A stretch of DNA of 64,000 bases from Octopus sinensis (taxonomy: Eukaryota): positions 18,662,001 through 18,726,000 of the forward strand of contig NC_043016.1 in assembly GCF_006345805.1 (NCBI RefSeq), in the 5' to 3' direction. The position numbers and the translations under genes were made by a program. How positions within the stretch are numbered: the first letter of the stretch is position 1; every line of letters begins with the position of its first letter. Shown in pieces: positions 39,852 through 53,192 of the stretch. The notes below the pieces were generated by a model. That model was not told the DNA's origin, did no database searches, and was given only the letters and a program-made list of their open reading frames with translations.

Positions 39852-40038
39852 GTGGGGAGCTAGCAGAACCGGTAGGATGCCGGGCAAAATGCTTAGCGGC
39901 ACGTGTAAGTTCTGAGTTCAAATTCTACCGAAGTCGGAGTCGATAAAATAAGTTCCAGTCGAGCTCCGAGGTTGATGTAATCGACCTGCCTCTCACCCGA
40001 ACTAGCTGGTCTTGTGCCAAAGTTAGAAACCAATATAT
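39852..40038 (+). mobile_element. tRNA-derived SINE family B, old subfamily
   Basis: Head gagctagcaga.., B-box GAGTTCAAATTC, body gtcgataaaataag..gatgtaatcgac, tail ..cttgtgccaaagttagaaaccaat. Confidence 0.75.
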
Positions 40039-40260
40039 ATTTCTTTATTACCCACAAGGGGCTAAACACAGAGGGGACAAACAAGGACAGACAAAGGGAT
40101 TAAGTCGATTACATCGACCCCAGTGTGCAACTGGTACTTAATTTATCGACCCCGAAAGGATGAAAGGCAAAGTCGACCTCGGCGGAATTTGAACTCGGAA
40201 CGTATCGAAAGACGAAATACGGCTACGCATTTCGCCCGGCGTGCTAACGTTTCTGCCGGC
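40039..40260 (-). mobile_element. SINE family B, young subfamily, inserted in the tail of the previous copy
   Basis: 15-bp TSD TAGAAACCAATATAT at 40024-40038 and 40261-40275. High identity to the 41571 copy. Confidence 0.92.
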
Positions 40261-40287
40261 TAGAAACCAATATATTTATGAAAATTT

Positions 40288-40505
40288 TAAGACGGCGGAC
40301 TTGCAGAACCTTTTGTACACCGGGCGAAATGTTTAGCGGCATTTCTTCTTCTTTACGTTCTGAGTTCAAATTCCCCCAAGACCGACTTTATTGTTCATCC
40401 TTCCGGGGTTGATAAAATAAGTATCAATCGAACATTGGGGTCAATGTAATCGACTTATCCCACCCGAAACATTCTGGCTTTGTACCAACAATTTGAAACC
40501 AAGAT
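40288..40505 (+). mobile_element. SINE family B, old subfamily
   Basis: Same head and body, with the ..cccgaa..ggc/gtcttgt.cca..tt.gaaaccaa tail as in 39852. Confidence 0.75.
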
Positions 40506-40943
40506 ATGTAAATTTTTTTCTAAAATTTCTTAATATCTGTTCTGGATGTTGATATCATAAATATTATACTTAATATAAGTTTAATAATAAAAGTATAGAA
40601 TAATTATTAGTTTTAATTATTATTTTTGTTGTTATCAATATGAAAGAAAACAACTCAAATTAATTGTTTGAAAGTTGTTTTCTTCGTTTTCTTTTATTGC
40701 TGTTATAATTGCTATTATTGTTCTTTTCTGTATGGTTGAACGCCTTTGGCAAACATTACTTTTATTTGATTTCCTCCTTTCCTTAAACTCAAGCCACCTT
40801 TAAGTTTATTGTTATATGTTGTTTTTGTCCTATAGTTGTCAATTTATTATCATTCATTTTCCTATTTTCTTTTCCTTCCTGAATTTTGCATCATTTGTAA
40901 ACTCGCACGCGCATACACGCATATGTGTGTGTGTGTGTGTGTA

Positions 40944-40974
<31 letters not shown>

Positions 40975-41064
40975 ATGTGTGTGTGTGTGCGTGTATCTGT
41001 ATTAATATATGTGCGAGTTAACACATACACAGACATGTGTGTATATATATATATGTATGTATCA

Positions 41065-41103
<39 letters not shown>

Positions 41104-41570
41104 ACACACACACACGTATATATACGAGTGTGCATGTGTGGCATGTATAACTAAATATCTATTTATGTCTACGTCTCTCACTCTCTCTCTCCCTCTCGCT
41201 GGGTGAATTAAGATTTGTACTGCTTTCCAACTTAAGACATCATGAGAGAACACACAGAATCCCTAGAACGAATAATACAACATATATTACAAGGTATGAC
41301 AGACTATTTTGTAGTACACAATCGATCACAATTTAGACACATTTAGAAAAATTCCTTCAAATATTCAATCTCAAAATAAACGTTTTCCTAGCGGTTTGTC
41401 ACAAAATAGCTGTCAAGTCATCGTACACCATACCTGATAAAAATAAGAATACACTTCTTTGTAGAATAGTAAATGAAGTGCTGCTATTCCAACTTGACAC
41501 AATTCTATAATAAAGTGGTCAGTGAAGCAACCGAAAATTTTCCTCAACTTACTCCCACTAACTAAATACC

Positions 41571-41803
41571 TATTTCTTTACTACCCACAAGGGGCTAAAC
41601 ACAGAGAGGACAAACAAGGACAGACAAACGGATTAAGTCGATTACATTAACCCCAGTGCGTAACTGGTACTTAATTTATCGACCCCGAAAGGATGAAAGG
41701 CAAAGTCGACGTCGGCGGAATTCGAACTCAGAACGTAACGGCAGACGAAATATGGCTACGTATTTCGCCCGGCGTGCTAACGTTTCTGCCAGCTCGTCGC
41801 CTT
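41571..41803 (-). mobile_element. SINE family B, young subfamily, full length
   Basis: 16-bp TSD CCACTAACTAAATACC at 41555-41570 and 41804-41819. A-box-like TGGCAGAAACG and B-box GAGTTCGAATTCC. Confidence 0.93.
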
Positions 41804-41989
41804 CCACTAACTAAATACCATTATGTCAAGCAGTATCTTTCTGCTGAAGGCAAGAAATTTATTGGGTCAAACAATAGAATACCAACCATAAGCTACACAG
41901 AATCCGTAAAAGAAAAATCATCTGTGAAAACGTAAAAAAGTAAAAGTAAAATATGTAAATTGATAATGATATTCGGAAAAAGTACCACA

Positions 41990-42520
41990 TATTTTGGTCG
42001 GTGAAATAAAAAATGCTTTAATGCCGTGAAGAAAGATCAAGGAGAAGATTCAATTACTACTGAAATGTTAAGAAACGGAGGAGAGCAGCTGCTGAAAACC
42101 TCGTTCTATGTTACAATTGAAAATACCTTGATTTTTAAGAAGGGTGATAAAGAAATTTTAAGAAACTATCACCTGTTGTCTCATTGCTAAAAGTTGTCTA
42201 CAAGTGTCATAGCAATAAGGTATAAATGGTAAACAGTAGAATGAAGGTATAGGATTATTTGGTAATTTGGAAGATGCTATTAAACAGTGCATCCTACATG
42301 TTCAAGATGGAAAAAATGTCCGAACACTTCTTTGATGCTGAAAGTATGCTGAGGTCAGTTATATCGTGTATTCCTGGATATTAAGGAACAAAAGTTGTTC
42401 GATATCTCAAATTGGAACCGGATCGACGTAGAAAGAAACAATTAAGTTTTTGAACGAATCACGAAGAATGTGAATTATCCACTTCAATGACGCATTGCGA
42501 CGCTTCGTTTGTGAGTGTGA
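41990..42520 (+). mobile_element. Highly decayed RTE-type RT remnant
   Basis: EIKNAL, GEDSITTEMLRNGGEQLLK and LIFKKGDKEILRNY recognisable across frames. Confidence 0.5.
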
Positions 42521-43659
42521 AGGAAGCGGTGAACTTGCAAGGTTCCTCCACAAATCTTCATAAATCAATGTCTACCTTGATAGCCTGCTGCAATCACCGC
42601 CAGTAAAACTTAAGCGTTGATAAGGACAGCTTTGGATGGTGTTCCTAGCGAATTTCGCGCTAACAGTCCACACTTGTTTCCTAATGGATAAAAATATTTC
42701 GCGACTGGCTGCGTAGTTGGTGACTGAGAAATGTAGAAGTGTTGAGGAAGGGTTCATTAGTAATTTATGCAGAATTAGCAATAAATATAGAGTAAAGATT
42801 TTCCAAGGTATTTAACCACATGTTGGTGTTTGCTGAAGGTATTATCTTCCGATATCACACAGTATGCTGTCACGTTACAGAGATCATATCATGGAGAAGA
42901 ATATATCTAGTTGTGAAATTGCTATCAGTCACCGATGGCTAATTGAAAAATAGCGAATGTTTTCGACATGATAGGCCTTCGATTGTTAGCTTTTCTCACG
43001 ATTTTACATTTTTGCTCATCTCATGTGGTTCGTAAGCAAGCTACATACCACACAGCTACTCCTACGCCTATATTCACTATTTCCTTAATTGTGAATTAAA
43101 TCGAACGCATATTATGTTGTGTAGGGAGGATCCAGTTTTTAGTCGAAGCAATCATAAAAACCGGTCCAAGAATGTAGTTTTATTCTCTTTTGTTACTGCG
43201 GTGAAATAAGGAGTGCAATCGACAAAATTAAGATGGCTGAGTACAGTAATCTACTTCTTCCGCCGCGTGAGTGTCAGCTTTTCAAGTCACACTTGGAGAG
43301 TGAAGTGTTCTTCGAATAAATTTATTAAAAACATTATCTGAGTTGCGACTATAGTCTGGTGAAGAGATTCAGTCTGACTATATGATTGTAGACCAGAATC
43401 CCAACTATAAGTGTACACTTGTCCTTAGCAGGCACGATAATGTAGGATTTGTATGAAAACCCACCTAGCTGTAACTTGCTACCTCCATAACTGTCCCATT
43501 TTATTCCCGTTGTGTTTGTTGATTTTGTTGTTTTTCATTTCTTTTAGCTATCCTGAATGTAAAATCACAACCCCTCGTAATTTTATCTTACAAAACAACT
43601 ATTCTTTATCCTTCTAATGAAAAAGTATAATTTTGTTTTTATTTATTTGTTTTATTTTC

Positions 43660-44110
43660 AACGTCATCGTCGTCATCATATTCATCTGAGACCACCGTCA
43701 CCCCCTCCCATCCCCATCTCCATTACCATCATCATCATTATCACCACCAGCAGCACCACCAGCACCACCAACAGCAGCAGAACCACCACCACCACCACCA
43801 CCACCACCACCACCATCATCACCATCATCACCATCCTCCTCCTCCTCCTCCTCCTCATCATCATCATCATAGTTGTTATTTAGAAAATCCTTATTGTTAA
43901 AAGAGTATTTATCAATATTATTCGTAGCGTCTTTTTTTTTATTCCTATAATTGCAAACACCATTATTACTATTTTTCACAACCACTGACACCATCTCCAT
44001 CACCACTGTCATCACGTTCATGATGATGATGATGTTGACGATAATGATAATAACAATAATATTAATGATAATAATACTACGATTATTATTATAAGCTTGG
44101 TCATTAATGT
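43660..44110. repeat. Trinucleotide mosaic low-complexity tract (CAT/CAC/CCT/AAT)
   Basis: Directly visible; explains the acidic/Gly ORF 43698-44129. Confidence 0.85.
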
Positions 44111-44827
44111 TTTTAATTGTTATTCTCATTCATTAATGAACGTTCTTACAGAGATCCTTAACAACTGAACTTTTCCTTTGATCCTCGCATAATTCATTGC
44201 ATGAAATTCGTAAATAGGTCCATTGTTTTTTCACTAGTGTTGTACTGGGCTATCGATTATTTCACTATTAATTTTACTTTCCTATATTGTTTCTTTATTC
44301 ATAGAGAAATTCCCTTTAGTTGTAATATTCATATTACAATTACTTAATTACATCGTTTAAATTGCACCCCATATTTTCTCTTTTGTTATCACATATGATA
44401 TTTCCTTGATGTTCTCATCATTATTGTTACTAAAATAATTGTTGATGATTGAGTTAGGAATTTTTTCAAATTTCATTATTTCTTCGTTGTAAATACTATA
44501 CCAAAATATATATATTTTTTCTGATCTTAAATTTTAGTCAGTAATCCCCAGGCTCAATAAATATGTTTATATTTTATTCTGTGATTTAGGTCTTAATTCT
44601 TCAACGTATATTCTAAATGATTTTTACAATAAAATTCCTTAAAAAATATTGTGTTTTTATCTCCTTCTCTTTTACTCTCTATTAAAAGTAATTTTTTCCT
44701 AGCAGTTCAATTGGAATATGATTTTTATATTTCTAGTTTGTTCCCTTCACTATATGTCAAATCTAGCATCTGGAAATATTGCACTATCCGTAAAATTAAA
44801 CGAATTTTCATGTCTTCCAATGTATAC

Positions 44828-45030
44828 CTTTTCTCTTTTATCTTTAACTTGCTTCAGTCATTTGACTTCGGCTATGCTGGAGCACCGCCTTGAAGGAATC
44901 GACCCAAGAACTTATTTTTTTAGAGCCTCGTACTTATTATATCGGTATCTTTTGCCGAACCGCTAAGTTACAGGGACGTAAACACACCAACACCGGTTGC
45001 CAAGGCTCAAAGACACACACACATGGATAT
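44828..45030 (-). mobile_element. SINE family A, 3' half
   Basis: Minus strand ..cgtccctgtaacttagcggttcggcaaaag..ggcggtgctccagcatagccgaagtcaaatgactgaagcaag. Confidence 0.8.
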
Positions 45031-45049
45031 ATACTATAAATATAACACA

Positions 45050-45090
<41 letters not shown>

Positions 45091-45102
45091 GTGTGTGTGT
45101 GC

Positions 45103-47035
45103 ATGTCATTATTCAGTTTATTTCAAGATTTCTTGCCAATACAGAAAGAACCGATTTCTAACCTAGATCCAAAGCTCCTTCACTGGAATTTCAATATCAA
45201 CAACAGGGTATATTTGTATGTATGTATGTATGTATGTATGTATGTATGTATGTATGTATGTATGTATGTATGTATGTATGTGCAGATTTGTATGGTTTAT
45301 TTATGTATTCTCATGCATATAGTTGCATATCTAGATATGCTCATATATACTTAAATGATGAACTTCTGGAAAGTTTTACAGATTTTTACAGTTCCAGTGT
45401 GGATTTGATCTGTAGTCTTCCGATTAGTTTTTTCTTTTCCGGTTTTGAGAAGCCTAGTTTCTCAAGATTGGTATTTAGGTAGTGTGTTACATATCCCAGG
45501 GCTCCAATAATTACAGGTATAAACCTGAACTTGTAATCTGGATAGAGTAACTGAAGATTTCTTAATAGTTCGGCATAGTTGTTCTCTTTTTCACTGATCT
45601 TTAACTTTATTTTAACACCTGCTGGGCAGCTAATTTCTACAACAGTGCACAGTTTTTCTTTTCTATCCCAAAACATTATATCAGGTCTGTTGTGCTTACA
45701 TTTTATTGAGGTCTTCACTGGGACATTCCACCAGTATTCCTTTTTATTATGAGTAGCTATGGATTCTACCATATTGTGAGTTCTTATTTCTTTGTCCTCT
45801 GGATTATCCTTCCGACAGATTTCATTATAGGGTGTCCTAGCTACAACGTGATGACATTTTTGGACAACTGCTTATGATGTGGGTGATATCTTCAGTGAGA
45901 ACTCCACAAAGTCTGCATCGGTTGTCACATTTTACTGCTTTTCCTGCATCTCTATCCCTTTTGTGCATCAAGTATTTGATTGAAATTTCCTGTTCCTGGA
46001 TTGCAAACGCATAGCCTTCAGATTGAGAGGTAGTAATCCAGCTGTTCATCCACGATAAACTGCTTTGATAATCGATGTTACTATCATCATGGAGCTTTCT
46101 ACTAATATATCCATGCATAATCTTCTTCTCATATAGACCCATCCTTTCACTTGATGGTGGAAGCACTCCGTCGGTTACGACGATGAGGGTTCCGGTTGAT
46201 CCGAATCAACGGAACAGCCTGCTCGTGAAATTAACGTGTAAGTGGCTGAGCACTCCACAGACACGTGCACCCTTAACGTAGTTCTCGGGGATATTCAGCG
46301 TGACACAGAGAGTGACAAGGCCGGCCCCTTGAAATACAGGTACAACAGAAACAGGAAGTAAGAGTAAGAGAAAGTTGTGGTGAAAGAGTACAGCAGGGAT
46401 CACCACCATCCCGTGGAGCTTTTAGGTGTTTTCTCTCAATAAACACTCACAACGCCCGGTCTGGGAATCGAAACCGCGATCCTATGACCGCGAGTCTACT
46501 GCCCTAACCACTGGGCCATTGCGCCTCCACTCACCTGATGATACATTGCGGTGGAATCATACAACTTCTTCGGGGATGTATTATAGGCTATCAGACAAGG
46601 AATGTTGCCCAAGGAGCTGCCTTCCAAGTCTTATGATATTGTCAGGTTCATGTATGCAAACTTGGTCAAGTGATACACTTCGGCACTTGGTGGCTAAAAG
46701 ATATTGCCGAAGGGATACGATGCGACATTCAAAGGCATTTTGGATCGATGTTAAGCCTCTGCCGCTTTGTTTTCAATTTAGGTAGTAGCAGTCTACGTCA
46801 CTGTTTATGTGGAAACTATGTGTGCTTGTTAGTATATTTTTGGTTTTCACATCAATGGATCGGATCTCATCAAGCATCCAATAAAGCAACCTAAATGTTG
46901 GTATGAGTACTGGCACTGCAAACACATTATGGGTCACTCTTTCATTGAATACAGAGAGTTCTGAGGTTCAAATTTACTTTATTCGGTTGTAATATTCTTT
47001 AGTGGCATGTGTTTTGCTAGGTGCCACTGTAAGAT
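45103..47035 (-). mobile_element. R4-type (RLE) LINE of a second family, 5'-truncated at a (CATA)n array and split by a SINE
   Basis: SELSVFN..FAVPVLIPTF..IDVKTK..NSDVD..GRGL (46540-46980). AIQEQEI..CRLCGVLTEDITHIISSC and HNRPDIMFW..VEISCP..EKENNY..IPVIIGALG (45386-46146). The 3'UTR contains an internal (CATA)n. Confidence 0.85.
46157..46530 (-). mobile_element. tRNA-derived SINE family C, full length
   Basis: A-box TGGCCCAGTGG and B-box GGTTTCGATTCCC. 10-bp TSD TCAC(T/C)TGATG at 46147-46156 and 46531-46540. Removing it restores the host LINE frame. Confidence 0.9.
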
Positions 47036-47036
47036 A

Positions 47037-47413
47037 TATGTATGTATGTATGTATGTATGTATTATGTATGTATGTATGTATGTATGTATGTATGTATGT
47101 ATGTATGTATGTATGCATGTATGTATGCATGTATGCATGTATGTATGTATAAATGTCTGAGTGTGTGTGTATGTATGTATGTATGTATGTATGTATGTAT
47201 GTATGTCTGAGTGTGTGTGTATGTATGTATGTACGTATGTATGTATGTATGCATGTATGTATGTATGTATGTATGTATGTATGTATGTATGTATGTATGT
47301 ATGTATGTATGTATGTATGTATGTATGTATGTATGTATGCATGCATGTATGTATGTATGTATGTATGTATGTATGTATGTATGTATGTATGTATGTATGT
47401 ATGTATGTATGTA
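47037..47413. repeat. (TATG)n microsatellite
   Basis: Directly visible. Confidence 0.95.
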
Positions 47414-47722
47414 TAAGGACACCCATCCTCATTACTATATACATTTACAAAGAATGTTGTTTTTCACATTCGTATACTTTTATATATAAGAAAGCATACT
47501 TTCTGCAAAGTTTCTAGTGGAATGTCAACATTATAATTTCTACACTTGTATACTTTCTAAGTTATTTAACTGCACTACAGTATCAATTTTTTTTTTTTTA
47601 CCAGACTTTTCAATACAAGTAGTATAATTTATACATAAATGATACTGTGGATAGTTTCTCATAATCTACTACTATACAGTAAATTAGTTCTTAAGCCACA
47701 AAGTTTTGATTTGATATATTTT

Positions 47723-47925
47723 CAGAGGGGAACAAACAAGGACAGACAAAGGGATTAAGTCGATTACATCAACCCCAGTGCGTAACTGGTACTTAATTTT
47801 TCGACCCCGAAAGGATGAAAGGCAAAGTTGACCTCGGCGGAATTTGAACTCAGAACGTAACTGCAGACGAAATACCGCTAAGCATTTCTTCAATCACGCT
47901 AACGATTCTACCAGCTCACCACCTT
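47723..47925 (-). mobile_element. SINE family B, young-type tail, 3'-clipped
   Basis: Aligns with the 41571 copy from the head to aacaaggacagacaaa. Confidence 0.88.
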
Positions 47926-48463
47926 AATAATAATAATGATGATGATGATAATTTCAAAATTTTGGCACAAAAATATCCGGAAAGGGATGTATTCTTGTGC
48001 ATGTGATGGTGTTATCTCGCCAAATATAGCAACTTCAGAACATGATAAGACTGCATCCCAAAGGTGAAACTTTGAAACACCTGATGATTTTAAACTATCT
48101 CTTTTTCTTCTATCAGCACTAACATGGTTTCACTTTTATAGAATCAGCAAGATACACACCACGTAAACGGCTGGCTGGCCATGACAATTAAAGATATCGA
48201 GCAAGATCCCAACAAGGATCTGACATTGTCTTAATAGAGGTGGATTGGTTAAGATATTGTGTTGCTTAGTGGAGTGTAGATGTTCAGATGTTTATATCGA
48301 TAAATTGTTGTGCGGTATGTAATAAATTTAATGTGATGTAAAACTGTTGTTTTAGTTACCTATATTAACCCACCCACCCAAATATGTATGTTTGTGTCTA
48401 TGTATGTTTGTGTGTATGTATATATATATATATATGTATGTATATCTGTCTAACTATTTGTTG

Positions 48464-48885
<422 letters not shown>

Positions 48886-49583
48886 ATATATTGATTTTGA
48901 AATGTTTGCAGAAAATTACATTGACTCCAGTACTCATCTGATATTTATTTTAGCGGCTGAAAGGAAGAAAGGCCAAGATGACCTCGGCGAAATTTGACCC
49001 GGGGAAAATATGTATATATGTATGTATGAATATTTACATAGGTATGTGTGTATTTTTTCTTGTTTTTCATGGAGAAAGACAGTCTGAACATACAGCGGTG
49101 TTAAAAAATTGTAAATTGTCCTATAACCGTGTGTAATTTAAAATTCTGTATTTCCTTCTACCGAAAAATCTTCGTGCCATTGACGTTAGTCGAATATATT
49201 CATTGATTACTCTGGAAATATTTCATACTCAGAATCAGTGACGTAGACGGCTGATTAACACCGGCTGTGCATGAAACATTCCACATATTTCGGTATAAGG
49301 AAATAATCCATATATTGCCAAACACCAACCTAAACACACACACAGAAATATATATACATACGCACAATCGCACGCACACCTCAGAAAAATATTCCATTCA
49401 TAAGGTACTGGATAAACTGAGGCTACAATAAAAAATATTCCCTCATCCCTAAATGTACATGCAGTCGATCTCATGCATGCCCGTTCTTGAAACTAATTCC
49501 TTAAACACTCACAGATTCCTGTACTTTGCTTAGGAATACAAAATAGTTTTGAATAAATTTTTCAGAATCATTCGATACGTATA

Positions 49584-49830
49584 CGAGTGGGTACCCAAAA
49601 GAAACCGGAATTTTGCAATAATATTTTATTCACTTAGATTTACATGTTTACATTTTTATCGCCTTCAAAGTATTCTCAATTTAAAGCAAAAACTGTCTCA
49701 CGCTCAAGGCGGTGTGTGCAGGTGTATCGTCATGTTGAAATAACCGCTTTCCAATTTGTCACAAGTCAGGGCATTTTCGTCTTGCCGCATCTCGCAATAT
49801 CTGTTTCAACACACGACTTCACATAAAAAA
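49584..49830 (-). mobile_element. Mariner-like remnant, one end
   Basis: TA|CGAGTGGGTACCCAAAAGAAACCGGAAT TIR-like start. The minus strand gives LFQHDDTPAHTA, resembling the mariner HDNA motif. Confidence 0.5.
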
Positions 49831-50793
49831 TCTTGCACAACAAATATATAAACGTACTAAATTTTACTTATTTTAGATGTAATTTCACATGATTCCAATA
49901 TTATTCTTTCCTTAATTTCCCTTGTTTTCTCGTGAGTTTCGGTTGTTTTTTTTTCTTTCTACTTCTGAAGACCTGCTACTGCTGCGTTTTCATGTGTATT
50001 TATGCTGGTATTATGAATGGGGTTGGAATTTTGACGTCTAAAATTCCTCATGCTGCAAAGAGATTTTTGAAACTGCGCATGGATTTGTCACAGCTGTATC
50101 AATAAAAATCTTATCTAGTCGCGCTGTATTCTCAAGTTCAGTCTGAACTTTCCCATCATAATTCGATGATCACAATAGAAAGTAAAGATGTATGGTAAGC
50201 GACACAGTTCATTGGAAGACCTGAAAGGCGTCGCTGGGATCAATCAAGTAACATGTTCTATCTATACCGTAATGATTGACAGAGTTGGTTATCGTTTGCT
50301 ATACATTAGCGGGAAATCACTTTCTCGACACGCGTTGCTTTCCCAACTCGAGCCTTTCGTCTAAATTCAGGATTCTTTTATCATTGAGATATGTGTTTAT
50401 ACACACACACACACGCATATACACAAACGCACATACTTTCTCTCCCTCTCTCTCACACACAATAGAAGGGGGGCAATAAAATGGGAAAAGAAATGGGGAT
50501 GAGGGAGAGAATCATCTATATATATATATATATATATATATTTATTTATTTATAAAACATACATAATAGTAAAACAATTTGACAGAAATTAAATACAATA
50601 AAATGTGATTAGAGAAATACATTCTATCTGTGTGTGATGCAGAGAAGAGGACGAGAGAAGAATCAAGATAGGAAGCAGATTCAAATATAAACAGCTTTGC
50701 TAATACAATCAAATATAAATGAATGAAAATGAGAAAAAATTTGAAAGTGGTAGAGGGAAAGAGGGAAAGAAGGTGGGAGGATGTGTGTGTGTG

Positions 50794-50850
<57 letters not shown>

Positions 50851-51149
50851 AGGGCAGAGAGAAACAGGCGGAGACAGTGATATTAAATAAGCAGATTAGA
50901 AGAATACGAATGAGTTGAAATTCTATATAAAATAATAATCGCAATAGTAGATGTTACAACAAATGTTTTAAAGTAATATAGAGAGGTGCTTAAGAGAGTA
51001 CGTTGAACGATTATTAAATTCTGAGCTTTGTTGAAAATTTAACTATCACAATAATATATGATGTGTGTATGTGTGTGTGAGAAGATAGTGGTTTTGATTC
51101 CTCTACCGGGCGATGCGTTGTGCTCTAGAGCAAAACACTTCATTTCACA

Positions 51150-51219
<70 letters not shown>

Positions 51220-51229
51220 TCAAAATGAT

Positions 51230-52400
51230 ATAACTTATCCACAAGTCAGTCATTCACGCGTGCTGTACGAATGCATGTTGTACTGTGTAGTCGCTCTTCG
51301 CACATCTTGGACAGTCATGTCCGGCAGCGCTTTCACGTTCGATTTTACATTCAAGTCAATCTCGAAAAGTAATGACTCTCCGTACAAAATGTCAGACCTA
51401 AGATTTTTGAAAGTTATTTATTATAGGCCCTAGCCCGAAAGTACTCCGGCAAAGACCAGACGCGTTATCTTCGCCGATGTCTAACGTTTTCTTGGGAATC
51501 TCATCATTCTTACCACTATATTTATTGCTAAAGTGAAACTTCAACCGACCACTTTGTGCAACTAATGAAGAGTAGAAAGTGCCTAATGACATTCCAGATG
51601 CCAGGTGCCAAATCCACAGTTTTATCAAAGATGAACTATTGAGAAACATGCTTTACACACGATGCTAAGTTGCAAACTCACCAACTTGACCGTTATCTTC
51701 TCTCCGACTATTTACACTTTCAGAATGTCCACTGTCGTTACGATAGCGCAATCTGCATACTCCGAAACAGCTCTCCTGCATCCCAGCACGAAATGGATGC
51801 TCTTCAATAGTTCTAGCTTCCGCAGTGAATGTTCGAAACCCAGCATTTATAAAAAGAATGAAGACACCTTTGATAGACAGAGCACATGATATGAAACAAT
51901 TCTGAGTTGTAGCTGTTCACTTCGTCCATCGAGCAAATGCTACTGCCTTGATGCAATCCAGATTGTGGAAATGAGCCTGAAACCTTAAATGTTTAAGACT
52001 ATTGCCAAGTACCGCGGGTCAACCGTCGTGAATGCTTCCGACTGAGTCCAAATTGAATAAGTATTCAAAGCCAGGTTTTTTTAACTTCCTCGATTATGTA
52101 TCATATGAGGTGGAGATTGATGGAAACGAAATTATTGGGATCGCACATGTTTGCACTTCCCGACCAAACCACTGAAACAACTCATGCAAAAACTTAGCCA
52201 AAATCTTAAAATCTGTATTTGACAGGATTAAATAGAGGAAGTTATCTATAACCTTTTCTCAGCAGAGTTTACTCGACCTGGCTCACACAACTGGGAATTC
52301 TCCTGTTCTGCCGCCAATTGCACTAGACTTTTGCTAAAATGTTGCTTAACAAGTCTGGGATATAAACATGATTCATAGGGACGATTTGTACCTTGCGCAA
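51230..52400 (-). mobile_element. Decayed L1/Tx1-clade ORF2 fragment (RT to zf-RVT), related to the 32589 element
   Basis: CNWRQNRRIP, NTDFKILAK, QTCAIP, STFGLGPIINNFQKS and CPRCAKSDYTVQHAFVQ are colinear with TTFGPGPMDNFQRS..CPRCGQSDETVLHALVQ. Confidence 0.75.
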
Positions 52401-52529
52401 ATGCTCACATTCTTTCTTTAGTGCATACCATTACTGTTATTACCATTTCATAGTACCTCGAGTCCTTCGCCGTGAGGTGTGCACAAAAGACCACGAAAGT
52501 CTCCGACCTATGTTTTCTTCCTCGATAGT

Positions 52530-53192
52530 CGTTCAAAGTGGGAGGCTGTATGCACCTGGAGAACGGGAGTTGGAGAAATGGAAGATTTTGTAGGACTTAT
52601 GCAATGCATAATCCAATACAAGACCAAACAAATATGGTGCAAGCGTATCTCCTTGTAGCATCCCAGCTAGTATTTGAAAGAATTCAGAGTGCCAAAAATT
52701 AACTAAAAGAGAACAAAGCTGCTGGCCCTGATGAGCTCCTGCAGAACCAAGGAAGTTCAAATCGGTGGTCCGAGATTAACTTGATACCAATCCTAAAGTC
52801 AGGAAACCTCAAAAATGAAACTAACTATAGAGGAATTGCACTGTCCAACATCTCACTCAAAGTCATCAACCAAATCCTCACCAGGATTCAACTGGTGCTT
52901 GATAGCCATTCAAGACCAAATTAAAAATGGATTTAAACCAAGGAGAGTCACAACATCTCAGATCATGGCCCTGAGGCATATCATAGGAGTTAAATCAAGA
53001 CTGCTACCTACCATTATAATCTTCGTGGACTTCAGCAATGGGATTCACAGTACCCATTGTTAGAAAATTTTGAAGATCCTTCAAGCATATGGCATTCCAG
53101 AAGAACAAGTTCTTGAGATTGCGAAGACCTATGAAAAGACGAGAACTCGAATGTTTTCCTCTGATGGAGAAACGGAATACTTTCGGAATAAC
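52530..53192. mobile_element. RTE-clade RT fragment with an internal inversion
   Basis: + strand 52703-53192: LKENKAAGPDE..NYRGIAL..NGF..IMALR..FVDFS..LQAYGIP..DGETEYFRI. - strand 52693-52530: SEFFQILAGMLQGDTLAPYLF..LDYAL. Confidence 0.8.

Noticed and set aside
43698-44129. 143-aa acidic/Gly-rich ORF
   Set aside because: Fully explained by a trinucleotide mosaic; no domain or splice evidence.
46430-46530. tRNA genes (also heads at 17288, 26105 and 41700-41803)
   Set aside because: A and B boxes are present, but there is no closed acceptor stem and each continues into a SINE body, some with TSDs.
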